NCBI GenBank assembly: GCA_051251855.1
Contig: JBPOGI010000004.1
Coordinates: 224,001 to 288,000, forward strand
Direction of reading: 5' to 3'
Origin: Roseibacillus sp.
GTDB taxonomy: Bacteria; Verrucomicrobiota; Verrucomicrobiia; Verrucomicrobiales; Akkermansiaceae
DNA length: 64,000 bases
Part shown: one piece after another, positions 62,657-64,000 of the stretch
How the letters are laid out: every line of letters begins with the position of its first letter
How positions within the stretch are numbered: the first letter of the stretch is position 1
The notes under the pieces: model-generated
What the model was told of the DNA's origin: nothing
The model's input: only the letters and a program-made list of their open reading frames with translations
Database searches by the model: none
Position numbers and translations under genes: made by a program

Positions 62657-64000
62657 CTATCGAAACACCAATCCGGAGACTTCTTGTGCTTCAAATACAA
62701 GAGGATCATTCACCACGGTCTCATCTACCAATTGTCCCGCAATCGAGACGTTGTCGAAGGTCCAATAGCTGATGTTTGCCGCCGAACTCCCGAGCAGTCG
62801 GTTCGTCCAGCCCCATGTCTGCGGGTTTTGATAGTCGATATTTTCCAAACGTATCCCCGACCAGTTGCCCACCTTCGTCGAATAGTCCGTCACGGCATCA
62901 AACGCCAACAAAGGGCGCACTGGGCGGGGATCCGAGACAATGATATTTCGAAAGACAAGGTGTTGTGCTGTGTTGGTGGTGCCATCGAAGTAGCTCGCAC
63001 CCGCAAGCCCCCCCTCACTTGTAATAAGTCCATTCGAAGTTGAGCCTCTGTTAGCGAAAACCCCGCGCGCATAGATGATGTCAATATCCTCAACGACCAG
63101 TTCCTGCGGCAAACCATCGGGAAAATTCGCACTGCGATCGTCGGTAATAAAATCACAACGCAGTGGAGTGCCATTGACATCGGTCCAATACACCGTGCGA
63201 CTGATTCCCATTCCTCTCACATAGGTGCCATCATCCTGATGTCTCAGAAAACAATCCTCGATGTAGCTATTACCCCTCACACCCATGGCATCGTTATTGG
63301 TCCGCCAAGAGATGGTCTTCACCCAGCGGATGTAGTTGCTTTCGCCCACTTCATCCTTCCCCTCGATGTAGACTCCATGAGCAGCTTGGTCCGCAATGGT
63401 AATTCCTTCGTAGACACAGTTGGTCGCCTTACTGAGAAACATCATTCGCACCTCATGCTGCCTCTCTTCCTCTGTGTCTGGGATGGGAGGAATGAGATCA
63501 TACCAATGTGCCATCTTTTCTCCCGATAAAGTCCCGTGCCCAAATACCCGGATATTTTTACTATCCAAGTCGTCCATGTAGTCGTGAAAATTTCCGTAAA
63601 CAATGGCGTCCCCGGGGATGTAGTAGCTTCGATTATTCCCAAGCCTCAGGGGGTCGGTTCGCTCCCACTGTCGCTCTTCGCCAGTTGGCGTCAGTGACAG
63701 ACGATGAACACCGGGTTTAAAGTAAAGGGTGCTCCAACTGCCATCGTCTGCAGGAATCGCGGCTCCGGGCTCCACCTCGTAGACCTCAGCGGTACCCAAC
63801 ACTGGCTTATTCTCGATAAAGGGATTCGCAAAAATGGTCACCGCATGAACGCCATCCATCTCGTTGCGATAGGGAAAAGCACCCTCTCCGAAAAAATTGA
63901 CTTCATTCTCGATGGCGCGCGGAATATCTCGCGAATCCATTTGGCCATCGATATCGACTGCAATCAGCGCCGGTTGGCTCATCGTGACATAGACCTCGCC
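62657..64000 (-). CDS. Parallel beta-helix glycoside hydrolase-like protein (GH49/GH28-like); 5' end outside the window
   Basis: Frame is open to the window edge; IFANP, LYFKPGVH, YYIPGDAIVYG, GHGTLSGE, WRTNNDA, IEDCFLRHQDD. Confidence 0.7.
   Translation of the reverse strand, partial: GEVYVTMSQPALIAVDIDGQMDSRDIPRAIENEVNFFGEGAFPYRNEMDGVHAVTIFANPFIENKPVLGTAEVYEVEPGAAIPADDGSWSTLYFKPGVHRLSLTPTGEERQWERTDPLRLGNNRSYYIPGDAIVYGNFHDYMDDLDSKNIRVFGHGTLSGEKMAHWYDLIPPIPDTEEERQHEVRMMFLSKATNCVYEGITIADQAAHGVYIEGKDEVGESNYIRWVKTISWRTNNDAMGVRGNSYIEDCFLRHQDDGTYVRGMGISRTVYWTDVNGTPLRCDFITDDRSANFPDGLPQELVVEDIDIIYARGVFANRGSTSNGLITSEGGLAGASYFDGTTNTAQHLVFRNIIVSDPRPVRPLLAFDAVTDYSTKVGNWSGIRLENIDYQNPQTWGWTNRLLGSSAANISYWTFDNVSIAGQLVDETVVNDPLVFEAQEVSGLVFR

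Overview
A gene-dense bacterial chromosomal window. It is most likely from Verrucomicrobiota (Verrucomicrobiales-like), inferred from a PEP-CTERM protein, an autotransporter-type beta-strand repeat protein, a CotH/lamin-tail protein, an ECF sigma plus Ser/Thr kinase pair and an RpiB-GlyA fusion. Housekeeping genes (tsaA/trmO, lpdA, rpiB-glyA, purF, purM, a YwlE-like phosphatase) alternate with accessory blocks: a DUF1800/DUF1501 module, large secreted proteins, two discoidin-type sensor kinase/NarL pairs, several glycoside hydrolases (GH2, GH31, GH168-like, GH49-like, one unassigned) and an AraC-MipA-S41 peptidase cluster. I found no rRNA, tRNA, CRISPR array or transposase. The most striking unexplained signal is a 290-355 nt non-coding element present twice (15803-16092 and 45921-46275). 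The copies are roughly 75-80% identical by manual alignment and fold into nested helices, with many differences preserving pairing on the minus strand; it is a candidate new large structured RNA or RNA-like mobile element. Also present are a CTAG-flanked MITE, several REP-like palindromes and a probable PhoD gene remnant. All family assignments come from motif recognition by eye; no database search was run.
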